This document shows, piece by piece, positions 28,161 through 36,759 of a stretch of 51,422 bases of DNA (its first letter is position 1; each line of letters starts with the position of its first letter). The stretch is from Candidatus Doudnabacteria bacterium RIFCSPHIGHO2_01_48_18 (GTDB lineage Bacteria; Patescibacteriota; Doudnabacteria; UBA920; 2-01-FULL-46-14), in assembly GCA_001777515.1 (NCBI GenBank), contig MFEF01000003.1, positions 1 through 51,422 on the forward strand, written 5' to 3'. Under the pieces are notes generated by a model that was given only the letters and a program-made list of their open reading frames with translations, was not told the DNA's origin and made no database searches. The translations under genes were made by a program, and so were the position numbers.

Positions 28161-28826
28161 TTAAAGTACCCCCGTACGCTGAAAAAACTTTTTCAGTTTT
28201 TTTTCATCGTCGATGTCCAACCTGTTAATCTCCATAGCTGTGACATAGTGCGCTATCTGATAATGAGAAGCAACATACTGTATCTCCTCTCTTGGATCAT
28301 AAGGATAAAGCCACAAAGTCCTTTGTAATGGAAAAAAAATCATTTCTTTCAGCTTATTGCGAAGCAAATCTGCTCCCCTTTTGTGTTTTTTTGTCGGTAT
28401 GTCGGCAGCAATCAGCCACCATTTGCCGTTCCAATGTTTTTGCTTTGGAACTGTCAGATTATTAAAATTGATGTTTTGAATTTTTTTCCTGCCAAGTTTA
28501 GTTAAAAACACTATAAAATCGTCTCCCGCCCATCTCAGGCGGATGAATTTTTTTGTCCTCAAATAATAAACCGTTCGAATAGCTTTTGCTTCACTGTCCT
28601 TTCGCAGCAATTTTCTGCCGTTTTTATCGTAAAATAACCGCTCAATACCTTTCATCAATTCAACTCCGAGGTTCCCCATACTAATAGCTATAGGAGACGC
28701 GGCTAAAATCAGAGCAAATTCCGTTGCATTTTTTAATTTCATGATTTGTTCGGTATTCAATAGTTTTCTCTTTTCCTTCGGCAAAAGATTCCGGATTGTA
28801 TTTGCGATGTCTTTGTGGTAAGCCAT
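28161..28826 (-). CDS. PaaX-like protein (putative wHTH + Cas2-like central domain)
   Basis: WNGKWWLIAADIP...LRNKLKEMIFFPLQRTLWLYPYD matches the PaaX/Cas2-like pattern. LTKLG wing motif. AGGAG SD before ATG 28826. Confidence 0.8.
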   Translation of the reverse strand: MAYHKDIANTIRNLLPKEKRKLLNTEQIMKLKNATEFALILAASPIAISMGNLGVELMKGIERLFYDKNGRKLLRKDSEAKAIRTVYYLRTKKFIRLRWAGDDFIVFLTKLGRKKIQNINFNNLTVPKQKHWNGKWWLIAADIPTKKHKRGADLLRNKLKEMIFFPLQRTLWLYPYDPREEIQYVASHYQIAHYVTAMEINRLDIDDEKKLKKFFQRTGVL

Positions 28827-28843
28827 ACTCCTATATAATACAT

Positions 28844-28883
28844 CACTACACAAAACCAAGCAATTGCTTGGTTTTGTGTAGTG
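28844..28883. promoter_or_regulatory. Perfect 40-bp palindrome upstream of the PaaX-like gene
   Basis: cactacacaaaaccaagcaa|ttgcttggttttgtgtagtg with no spacer. Confidence 0.9.
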
Positions 28884-28939
28884 TGAAATCAAAAATTAGA
28901 AAAAAGGAAACCGCGAAAAAAATCGGCCGGATGGGACCG

Positions 28940-29785
28940 CTAAATTCTAAATAGCCGTCGGGCGTTGGCAGTAGTAACCTCTTCAACTTTGGAAATATCA
29001 ATCCCCTTCATCTGCGCGAGCTTTTCAGCCACAAATCTGACATATGACGGCTCGTTCCGTTTGCCGCGGTGCGGCAAGGGAGTCAGAAAAGGCGCGTCAG
29101 TCTCAAAAATCGTAGATTCCAGCGGCAGATTCTTGACCACCTTGTCGCTGCGGCCTGTTTTGTCAAAAGTAATTATGCCATTGAGAGCAACAAGCCCGCC
29201 GCGCTTCACAAATTCCATGGCCGTAGGAGCGTCTCCGGTAAAACAATGAATTTCAAAATTTGGCGACCGGTAATTTTCGTCGAGTATCTTGAGGACATCT
29301 TGGTACGCATCCATAGACCCTTCAGCCGGGCGGCAGTGGATCATGAGCGGTTTGTCAATTTCTTTGGCAAGCTCAATGTGTTTGATCATCACGTCCTTTT
29401 GCTTTTGTTTGATTGCGTCGTGGTCATGCTCTTTGGGTAAACGGTAATAATCGAGGCCAAACTCGCCTATCGCAACGACCTTAGTGGATCTGGCAACCAG
29501 ATCGCGAAACGAGCCAACCTCAAATTCCTCGCCGTCTGTATGAAAACTCGCCTCTTCCTCATCTAGGTCCACTCGGTGCTCGAACAAATGAATCGGATGA
29601 AGCGCGACCGCAGCGTAAACACCGTCTGAATAATTTTCCGCAAGCTCAACCGCCGAACGCGAGGTCTCAAATTTGGTCCCGGCATTGACTATCCAAACAC
29701 CGCTGTCTAGCGCGCGTTTAACAACATCGTCAGCATCATCCTTGAACGCTTTAAAATTCACATGAGTATGAGTATCGATGAGCAT
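28940..29785 (-). CDS. tatD: TatD family hydrolase
   Basis: IDTHTH, AIGEFGLDYY, IHCR, HCFTG, ETDAPFLTP, RGKRNEP. Confidence 0.96.
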   Translation of the reverse strand: MLIDTHTHVNFKAFKDDADDVVKRALDSGVWIVNAGTKFETSRSAVELAENYSDGVYAAVALHPIHLFEHRVDLDEEEASFHTDGEEFEVGSFRDLVARSTKVVAIGEFGLDYYRLPKEHDHDAIKQKQKDVMIKHIELAKEIDKPLMIHCRPAEGSMDAYQDVLKILDENYRSPNFEIHCFTGDAPTAMEFVKRGGLVALNGIITFDKTGRSDKVVKNLPLESTIFETDAPFLTPLPHRGKRNEPSYVRFVAEKLAQMKGIDISKVEEVTTANARRLFRI

Positions 29786-29795
29786 TATCGGCTTG

Positions 29796-31220
29796 TCATT
29801 TCTGGCGGGGAAACAGAGGTTCGGCCTTGGCAATACTATCTGCGGCCAATGCCTTTCTAATCTTCTCCGTAGTCTCTGGCATGATTGGAGCTAATTTTTC
29901 CGCAATTTCACCTAGCAACGCAACCAGGCTGCAGATGACTTCCCCAAACAATTTCGGATTCTTCTCAGCCTGCTCCCACAGCTTTGTCTCGTCAATATAT
30001 CTGTTGGCCCATGAGATTTCTTCCCAGATACGCGCTAAAGCTTCATGGAACCTCATCTCCGCCATCATCAAAGCAGTATCTTTCAATTCGCGCGGGGTTG
30101 GCACAATCTCTGGCACTACTCCATCGAGTTTGGTGGCAATCAATGTAGTTACTCGGCTAAAAAGATTGCCGAGGCCATTGGCAAGATCTCCCTGGTAGCG
30201 CGCTTCCAGCTTTTCGATAGAAAAATCTCCGTCTTGTCCAAACGGAATCTCGCGCAGCAGAAAATATCGCACTGTGTCGGGACCGTATTTTTGAGCTAGC
30301 TCCACCGGATCAATCACGTTCCCGAGGGTCTTGCTGATCTTTTGCCCATTGATCGTGAAAAAACCGTGGGCATAAACCTTTTTCGGCCACGGAATTTTTG
30401 CCGCCTCAAGGAGCGCCGGCCAAATGATGCAGTGAAACCGCGTGATGTCCTTGCCGACAATGTGAAGATCCGCGGGCCAAAATTGTTTGTATTTCTCGCC
30501 TTTTGGAAAATCAGTGGCTGAAATATAGTTGAACAGCGCGTCCACCCAAACGTAAACAGTCTGGCCTTCATCCCATGGGATTTTTATCCCCCATTTAACA
30601 TTGGGTCGCGAAATCGCCACATCTTCGAGTCCTTGATCAATAAATGCCAGAATCTCATTGCGTCGTGATTCTGGGGCGACAACAAATTCATTACTCAAGA
30701 TTCTCTGCTTCAGAATCTCTCCATAATCAGACAATTTGAAAAACCAATTTTTTTCCTTCAGCTTCTCCGGCGCTTTTTTATGGTCCGGACAAAGCCCGTT
30801 TTCATCCAGATCGCTTTTATTAAGAAAAGCCTCATGGCCGACGCAGTATAATCCTTCATATTCGTCCTCATAGATTTTCCCCGATTTTTTGAGAAGCTCC
30901 AAAAACAAGACAACTGCTTTTTTGTGCCTGTCTTCAGTCGTACGAATAAAATCATCAGGAGCGATATCAAGCATGTCCCAGGTTAAAGAAAACTTCGCTG
31001 CCATTTCATCGGTAAACTCTTCGGGAGTTTTACCGGCGGCGGCGGCGGCCTGCTCTATTTTCGATCCGTGCTCATCGGTACCAGTCAGAAAAAAAGTCTG
31101 TGTGCCAGCTAAGCGGTAGAACCTGGCAAGCGCGTCAGCCGCAATCGTCGTGTATGCCGTGCCAATATGCGGCTGGGCATTAACATAGTATATTGGCGTT
31201 GTTAGATAAAATTTTTCCAC
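29796..31220 (-). CDS. metG: Methionine--tRNA ligase
   Basis: TTPIYYVN..PHIGTAY, GTDEHG, GKDITRFH, KISKT. Confidence 0.97.
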   Translation of the reverse strand: MEKFYLTTPIYYVNAQPHIGTAYTTIAADALARFYRLAGTQTFFLTGTDEHGSKIEQAAAAAGKTPEEFTDEMAAKFSLTWDMLDIAPDDFIRTTEDRHKKAVVLFLELLKKSGKIYEDEYEGLYCVGHEAFLNKSDLDENGLCPDHKKAPEKLKEKNWFFKLSDYGEILKQRILSNEFVVAPESRRNEILAFIDQGLEDVAISRPNVKWGIKIPWDEGQTVYVWVDALFNYISATDFPKGEKYKQFWPADLHIVGKDITRFHCIIWPALLEAAKIPWPKKVYAHGFFTINGQKISKTLGNVIDPVELAQKYGPDTVRYFLLREIPFGQDGDFSIEKLEARYQGDLANGLGNLFSRVTTLIATKLDGVVPEIVPTPRELKDTALMMAEMRFHEALARIWEEISWANRYIDETKLWEQAEKNPKLFGEVICSLVALLGEIAEKLAPIMPETTEKIRKALAADSIAKAEPLFPRQK

Positions 31221-31221
31221 G

Positions 31222-32241
31222 TTACAACCTCTGCTCCCGGAAATCGCTGACAAACACACTGACCGCGCCAACAATAGGCACCGCCATCAAGAGCCCGATA
31301 ATACCAGCGACCTTGAAACCGATCAAGACCGCCAAAAGGATCACCAGAGGATTTGCGCCGACTGTTTTACCCATGACCTTTGGCACCAGGATATAGTTTT
31401 CTGTCTGCTGAATGAGAATGTATAAAATGATCACGAAGACTGCCAGAGTTGGCGATTGCGCGAACGCCACAAACACTGCCGGTATCCCGGAAAGAATGGG
31501 TCCCAAATAAGGAACAATCTCGAGAAGGCCGGCAAGGAGCGCCAGCGCGAGCGCGTATTTAACCCCGAGCGCGGTGAGTCCCAAAAAAGTAAAAGCGAAA
31601 ATAAACCCGGAAAGCACAAGCTGTCCCAGAAGCCAGTAACCAATCTTTTTCTGTACCTTGTCTGTTAGGCCCATTATATAGGCCTGATGTTTGAAAGGCA
31701 CGAGCGACCGTATGAAATTTTTCATGCCATTCTCAGAAGAGATAAGATAGAAAGTAAACACCAGGATGCCGACCAGCTGAACAAAGCTATTAACCACGCC
31801 CAGGGTTTTTTGAAATACGTCTTCAGTGAGCTGCGAGAAACTCTGGCCGAGCGCGGAAAGTCCCCTAGCTAACCCCAGCTGATTTAACGCCTGCGAAAGC
31901 GTGCTGGCTCTAGTTGAAAGGTCATGGCGGAAATCCTCAATACGGCTGGAAAGCATATTGAACTCTTCGACCATGGGTGGGATTAGGAAATAAACCACTA
32001 ACCCTAAAAGGCCAAGGAAAAATAAATAAACCATAATCACAGACATTCCCCGGGGAAATCTGGCCTTGCGGTATAGCCAATCCACGAGCGGATCCATTGC
32101 TGATGCTAAAATCATCGCCACCACCAGCATGAGAATTATGTCGCGGATGATGTACATCAAAACCAACACCAAAGCCACTATCGCGACTTTTATGAGCGCT
32201 GTGGTAGAGATGTGGATGTTGACGTTCTGCGGTTCATTCAT
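31222..32241 (-). CDS. AI-2E family transporter
   Basis: VPYLGP, QQTENYILVPKVMG, GLLMAVP. Confidence 0.92.
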   Translation of the reverse strand: MNEPQNVNIHISTTALIKVAIVALVLVLMYIIRDIILMLVVAMILASAMDPLVDWLYRKARFPRGMSVIMVYLFFLGLLGLVVYFLIPPMVEEFNMLSSRIEDFRHDLSTRASTLSQALNQLGLARGLSALGQSFSQLTEDVFQKTLGVVNSFVQLVGILVFTFYLISSENGMKNFIRSLVPFKHQAYIMGLTDKVQKKIGYWLLGQLVLSGFIFAFTFLGLTALGVKYALALALLAGLLEIVPYLGPILSGIPAVFVAFAQSPTLAVFVIILYILIQQTENYILVPKVMGKTVGANPLVILLAVLIGFKVAGIIGLLMAVPIVGAVSVFVSDFREQRL

Positions 32242-32274
32242 ACTGCCCTAATTCTAGCGGAAAAACGGCAATAA

Positions 32275-33537
32275 TCAAAGCTTGAGCAGTTTTTGGATTT
32301 CCGCCGGTTTGCCGGCGCCAACAACCGCGAGATTAAGTTTTTTGGCATCAAATGTTTCTTTCGCGACCCGCTGCACGTCTCTGGCTGTCACGCTATCTAT
32401 GGCCTTGAAGGCCTCCTCCGGCTCTAAAACTTTTTTACGAAACGCGATTTGCTCCAAATACCAGCCAAGCAGATTTTCACTGTCCTCCAGCGACAGCGTC
32501 AGTGTTCCTTTGATGTATTCTCTGGCTTTTTTCATCTCACGGTCAGGAACGATTTCCTGCTTGATCTTTTTGAGCTCTTCAAGCGTGACCTTGATGGATT
32601 CACTGAGCGACCCCTGGCGCACGCCGGCCTGCACCACAAATAGTCCGGTATCCTGATAATTGGAGCTTGAAGCTTTTACGTAATAAGCAAGACCTCTGCG
32701 CTCTCTGATTTCCGTAAACAGCCGCGAACTCATACCTCCGCCTAGGATTGTGGCGAGGACCAGCTGCGGAATATAGTTGGGATGGTTGTATTCATAAGAC
32801 TTGAAACCGAGCGCTAAATGCATCTGCTCGGTTTTTTTCGGAGCGATGCGCAGCGCCGGGCCAGCCTTCTTCTCCACGGCCATTATCCATTTTGGGACCT
32901 TTTTGTTGCTCAGCTTGCTCCAATGCAGATACACGAGCTTGTCAAAAATCTCTTCATCAAAAGCGCCGGCTACGGCCATAATCATATTTTCGGGCTGATA
33001 ATATGCCTTTACGTAATCGAAAATATCCCGGCGACTGATTTTGGAAACGATCGGTTTGGTGCCGGCAATGTTCCGGCCCAGCGGCTGGTCTGGCCACATT
33101 ATCTCTTCCAAAACGTCTTCCACATGGCGCATTGGTGTGTCCTCGTACATGTTAATCTCTTCAGCGATCACGCCTTTTTCGCGCTCGATTTCAGCCGCAT
33201 CAAAAACCGGATGCTGCAGCATATCTGTCAGGACCTCGAAAATAAACGGCAAATGCTTTTTTGCTGCTTTGATGTAATACTGCGTATGTTCTTTGCCGGT
33301 GTTGGCATTGTACTCCGCGCCGATCGCGTCAAGAGCGTGCGACAGTTCTTGCGCGGTCGGATATTTTTCTGACCCTTTGAAAAAGAGGTGTTCTAAAAAA
33401 TGAGATATACCGTTCACGCGCTTTTCTTCCTGCCGTGAACCGACCTTCACAAACATGTCCACGAGCACAGATTGCGCGCCTTTAATGGGAACTTTGAGAA
33501 CTGTGAGACCGTTCTTTAATATTTGCTTTTTAAACAT
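32275..33537 (-). CDS. M16 (pitrilysin) family peptidase
   Basis: HFLEH, LGGGMSSRLFTEIRERRGLAY. Confidence 0.95.
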   Translation of the reverse strand: MFKKQILKNGLTVLKVPIKGAQSVLVDMFVKVGSRQEEKRVNGISHFLEHLFFKGSEKYPTAQELSHALDAIGAEYNANTGKEHTQYYIKAAKKHLPFIFEVLTDMLQHPVFDAAEIEREKGVIAEEINMYEDTPMRHVEDVLEEIMWPDQPLGRNIAGTKPIVSKISRRDIFDYVKAYYQPENMIMAVAGAFDEEIFDKLVYLHWSKLSNKKVPKWIMAVEKKAGPALRIAPKKTEQMHLALGFKSYEYNHPNYIPQLVLATILGGGMSSRLFTEIRERRGLAYYVKASSSNYQDTGLFVVQAGVRQGSLSESIKVTLEELKKIKQEIVPDREMKKAREYIKGTLTLSLEDSENLLGWYLEQIAFRKKVLEPEEAFKAIDSVTARDVQRVAKETFDAKKLNLAVVGAGKPAEIQKLLKL

Positions 33538-33538
33538 C

Positions 33539-33632
33539 AATTCAAAATTAAAAAATCAAAATGTAAAATGACAGTGTAAAATTTTAAAATTCTTAATTGT
33601 CATTTTGATCTTTACATTTTGCATTTTACATT
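33539..33632. repeat. AT-rich heptamer-based inverted repeat element
   Basis: aaaatca/aaaatgt/aaaatgaca arm facing tgtcattttg...tttacattttgcattttaca. Confidence 0.65.
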
Positions 33633-34698
33633 AGCTAATTATCATCGACTTTATATCTTTAGGCGACTTTGATAATACCTCGTTGTCCTTATTCTTTATC
33701 AATACCATATCCTCTATCCTTACCCCGCCCCAGCCTTCAATATATATCCCCGGCTCAACCGTGACAATCATGTCGCTGAGCAAAATGTCGTCTGATTTTG
33801 GTGAAAAATTCGGCAATTCGTGTATTTCCAAGCCAACACCATGCCCGGTGTTGTGGGTAAACCCAGCACCACGAAGCTGGTGCTGGGTAAATTTGTTACG
33901 CCAATCACTCACCTCATCAATATATTGTCGTGCCGTTTTGTCCACCACCGAAGCTTTGTTCCCTAATCTCGCTTTTTCAATTCCCCGCTTCTGCGCCACC
34001 AGCACTGTGTTATAAATCTGCGCTTGTTTTTTGCTAGGTGAACCGATAAACAGGGTTCTAGTGAAATCCGAATGATATCCTTTTACCAGAACTCCGAAAT
34101 CAAGAAGTAAAAAATTGTTGCGCTTGATTTTTTGTTTTCCTGAAAGGTGATGGGGCGCAGCTGCGTTTGCCCCAAAGGCCACGATCGATTCAAAAGCCAT
34201 GCCGTCAGCGCCGTGCTGGATAGCGGTTCTCTCCAGCTGCTGCGAAATCTCGATTTCTGTCATTCCCACCCGTGCATATTTTTTTATTTGCGCAAAACAC
34301 GCGTCAACTATCCGCTGGGCTTTCTTTATGCACTGAATCTCTTTTGCTGATTTAACAGCGCGCAAATCCTCAACCACGTTTGTGGCAACTATCCATTTGG
34401 CTTTGTGGTTTTTTTTCAAACTTGCCAATTCCCGAACAGTGATCCGGTCCTCGATCCCAATGCGGCCAGCGAGTTTGAGCTCTTCAATTTTTTTCACTTT
34501 CAAATCTGACTCGCGTTTGGCCCGGATAGTATACCGGTCGTCAACATACAATTCCGCACTCTTTCTGGTGACAAACACCACGCCCATAGAACCGGTAAAA
34601 CCAGACACATATTGCCGGTTAAGCTTAGTCAATACCAAAAACGCGTCGAGCGCGTTTTGTCTGAGGTAATCCTGCAAATTTTTGATACGATTATCCAT
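33631..34698 (-). CDS. Xaa-Pro aminopeptidase (M24)
   Basis: LLDFG, SDFTRT, HNTGHGVGLEIHE, TVEPGIY, GVRIED. Confidence 0.95.
   Translation of the reverse strand: MDNRIKNLQDYLRQNALDAFLVLTKLNRQYVSGFTGSMGVVFVTRKSAELYVDDRYTIRAKRESDLKVKKIEELKLAGRIGIEDRITVRELASLKKNHKAKWIVATNVVEDLRAVKSAKEIQCIKKAQRIVDACFAQIKKYARVGMTEIEISQQLERTAIQHGADGMAFESIVAFGANAAAPHHLSGKQKIKRNNFLLLDFGVLVKGYHSDFTRTLFIGSPSKKQAQIYNTVLVAQKRGIEKARLGNKASVVDKTARQYIDEVSDWRNKFTQHQLRGAGFTHNTGHGVGLEIHELPNFSPKSDDILLSDMIVTVEPGIYIEGWGGVRIEDMVLIKNKDNEVLSKSPKDIKSMIIS
33857..33891. mobile_element. Minimal GTAAA-flanked palindromic element inserted in frame (+10 aa)
   Basis: gtaaa-cccagcacca-cgaagc-tggtgctgg-gtaaa. Removing it restores KFTHNTGHG. 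Confidence 0.75.
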
Positions 34699-34704
34699 AG
34701 ATGC

Positions 34705-34764
34705 GTCATTCCCGCGAAAGCGGGAATCCAGTTTTTCTGGATCCCCGATCCAGTCGGGGATGAC
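34705..34764. repeat. REP-like element (GTCATTCCCGCGAAAGCGGGAATCCAG type)
   Basis: gtcattcccgc-gaaa-gcgggaatccag...ctggatccccga-tccag-tcggggatgac. Confidence 0.8.
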
Positions 34765-34766
34765 AA

Positions 34767-36104
34767 TTAGAGACTGGAAAAATTTTCTCTAAAATAGTTT
34801 ATTAGTTCGGCTATAGCGACTCGTTCTTGAGCCATTGTATCCCTGTCTCTAATCGTCACTTTTTTATCTTCCAAGGAGTCAAAATCTATTGTTACGCAAT
34901 AAGGCGTGCCAATCTCGTCTTGCCTGCGATAGCGCTTGCCGATCGAAGCAGTTTCATCATACTGTACCATCCACCGCTTTCTCAAATCGCCATAAATCTC
35001 TTGCGCTAGGCTGATCAGTTCTTCTTTTTTGGAGAGCGGCAGAACCGCGATTTTTATCGGCGCAAGCGCTTTGGGCAGGCGCAAGGTGATTTCAGTTTCA
35101 TGCACGGCCGTCTCCTTGCCGGACCTGGCTTCGGTTTCAGTATAGGCGTCAGCTAGTACAGCGAGCATGATACGATCAAGACCGAATGTCGGTTCCACTA
35201 CATAGGGGATGAATTCCTCACCGGTTTTTTCGTCTTTATATTTCAAATCGGCTCCGGATAATTCAATGTGATTTTTTAGATCATAGTCAGTGCGGTTGGC
35301 AATCCCCGCTATCTCGTCCCAGCCGAATGGAAAATTATAATATGTATCCACTGTCCGCTTGGAATAATGCGCCAGTTCTTCTGTGGGAAGCTCAACAGTT
35401 TTGAAATTTTCCTTCTTCAGTCCCAATTCCACAAAAAATTCTTGTTGGTAAGCAAGCCAGCCCTCAAACGCCTCATCGTCTTCTCCGGGTTTAACGAAAT
35501 ATTCTAGCTCTCCGATCGTGAATTCTTTCATACGAAAAATTGAGTTGCCAGTCGTAATTTCATTACGAAATGAGCGGCCGATTTGGGCGATTCCAAAAGG
35601 TAATCTCCGCCGCATACTCTCGGTTACGAGCTTAAAATCAGTAAACATCGCTTGCGCCGTTTCGCCGCGCAAATAAACCGTGGACTTGCTGTCCTCAGTG
35701 GTGCCAATAAATGTTTTAAATAATAAATTAAAATTCTTCGGTTCTGTCCATTCCGCCTTTTTACCCTTATGGGTTTCTTGGTGTGCGGCGATCTCTTTTG
35801 ATTTATCCACACGCAGCCTCATGTGGCATACTTTGCACTCAACCAAAGGATCTGTGAAGTTTTTTATGTGGCCTGAAGCTTCCCAAACCTTGGGATTCAT
35901 GATAATCGGACCTCTCATACCCACCATATCCGATCTTTTTTGAACGATTTTTTTCCACCACAAATCGCTGATGTTTCTAAACAATTCCACGCCCAGAGGT
36001 CCATAGTCGTAGCTATTTGCCAGCCCGCCATAAATCTCGCTGCCGGGAAAAATAAAACCCCGCCGCTTGCATAAATTAACGATTTTTTCCAGTGTAACTG
36101 ACAT
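34767..36104 (-). CDS. glyQS: Glycine--tRNA ligase (alpha2 type)
   Basis: KRRGFIFPGSEIYGG, YLRGETAQ, SFRNEIT, SIGKRYRRQDEIGTP. Confidence 0.97.
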   Translation of the reverse strand: MSVTLEKIVNLCKRRGFIFPGSEIYGGLANSYDYGPLGVELFRNISDLWWKKIVQKRSDMVGMRGPIIMNPKVWEASGHIKNFTDPLVECKVCHMRLRVDKSKEIAAHQETHKGKKAEWTEPKNFNLLFKTFIGTTEDSKSTVYLRGETAQAMFTDFKLVTESMRRRLPFGIAQIGRSFRNEITTGNSIFRMKEFTIGELEYFVKPGEDDEAFEGWLAYQQEFFVELGLKKENFKTVELPTEELAHYSKRTVDTYYNFPFGWDEIAGIANRTDYDLKNHIELSGADLKYKDEKTGEEFIPYVVEPTFGLDRIMLAVLADAYTETEARSGKETAVHETEITLRLPKALAPIKIAVLPLSKKEELISLAQEIYGDLRKRWMVQYDETASIGKRYRRQDEIGTPYCVTIDFDSLEDKKVTIRDRDTMAQERVAIAELINYFRENFSSL

Positions 36105-36125
36105 ATTGTGCATAATAACAAAAAA

Positions 36126-36395
36126 TTAGCCTTCTTTCCATAAACTATGCCAATTTCCAATCTCTTGCCCTAACTCATATGCATTGCCATGGCTAGTAAA
36201 CCCCAGAAACGAATCGGCAATGAATGTCCAGTCAAAAAAAGGATAAAGTTGCCGGTAAATTGCATGATGCAATACCCTGTCTCGAACACTGGCTTTGTGA
36301 ATGTTGCGCGGCTTGGGATCAGAGATATTAAATGCCTTGTAACCGCCATGCTGATAAATGAACCCTCCCCCCAACGGAAATTTATCCACAGCCAA
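36126..36395 (-). pseudogene. DGR reverse transcriptase remnant
   Basis: ISDPKPRNIHKASVRDRVLHHAI (RT fingers) fused to a C-terminal SFLG..SHGNAY motif. No YxDD catalytic region. Confidence 0.85.
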
Positions 36396-36759
36396 TCTCC
36401 CTATTTTACAAAAAGCCAGCGATGCTTACAAACTGTGGCACAATATGCTGGTACATCTCCCTAGACTGACCAAATACTCTCTGGGAGAAAAAATCAATCT
36501 GCTCTTTACTGATGTGATAGAGCTTATTCTCACCGCCGATTTTGCCAGGGAAAGCAAAATGGCAATCATTCAAAAAGCCAGCATCAAACTCGACACTCTG
36601 AAATTCTTTCTGCAACTGGCTTGGGAACTAAAAGCCATGGATAATAAAAGATACATTGCGATTTCTTCGCCGCTAGTGGAGGTTGGAAAGATGCTAGGCG
36701 GATGGCAGAAACAACAATTCATAAAAGAAGCTCCCACCGAAGTAGGAGCAAGAAGATAA
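36358..36759 (+). CDS. avd: DGR accessory variability determinant (Avd, four-helix bundle)
   Basis: LPR..KYSLGEKI, LDTLKFFLQL, EVGKMLGGW. Lies between the TR and the RT remnant. Confidence 0.85.
   Translation: MNPPPNGNLSTANLPILQKASDAYKLWHNMLVHLPRLTKYSLGEKINLLFTDVIELILTADFARESKMAIIQKASIKLDTLKFFLQLAWELKAMDNKRYIAISSPLVEVGKMLGGWQKQQFIKEAPTEVGARR

Noticed and set aside
28161-28883. CRISPR-Cas locus (Cas2-like domain plus repeats)
   Set aside because: No regularly spaced repeat-spacer array and no cas1 or effector genes. The repeats are three dispersed copies.
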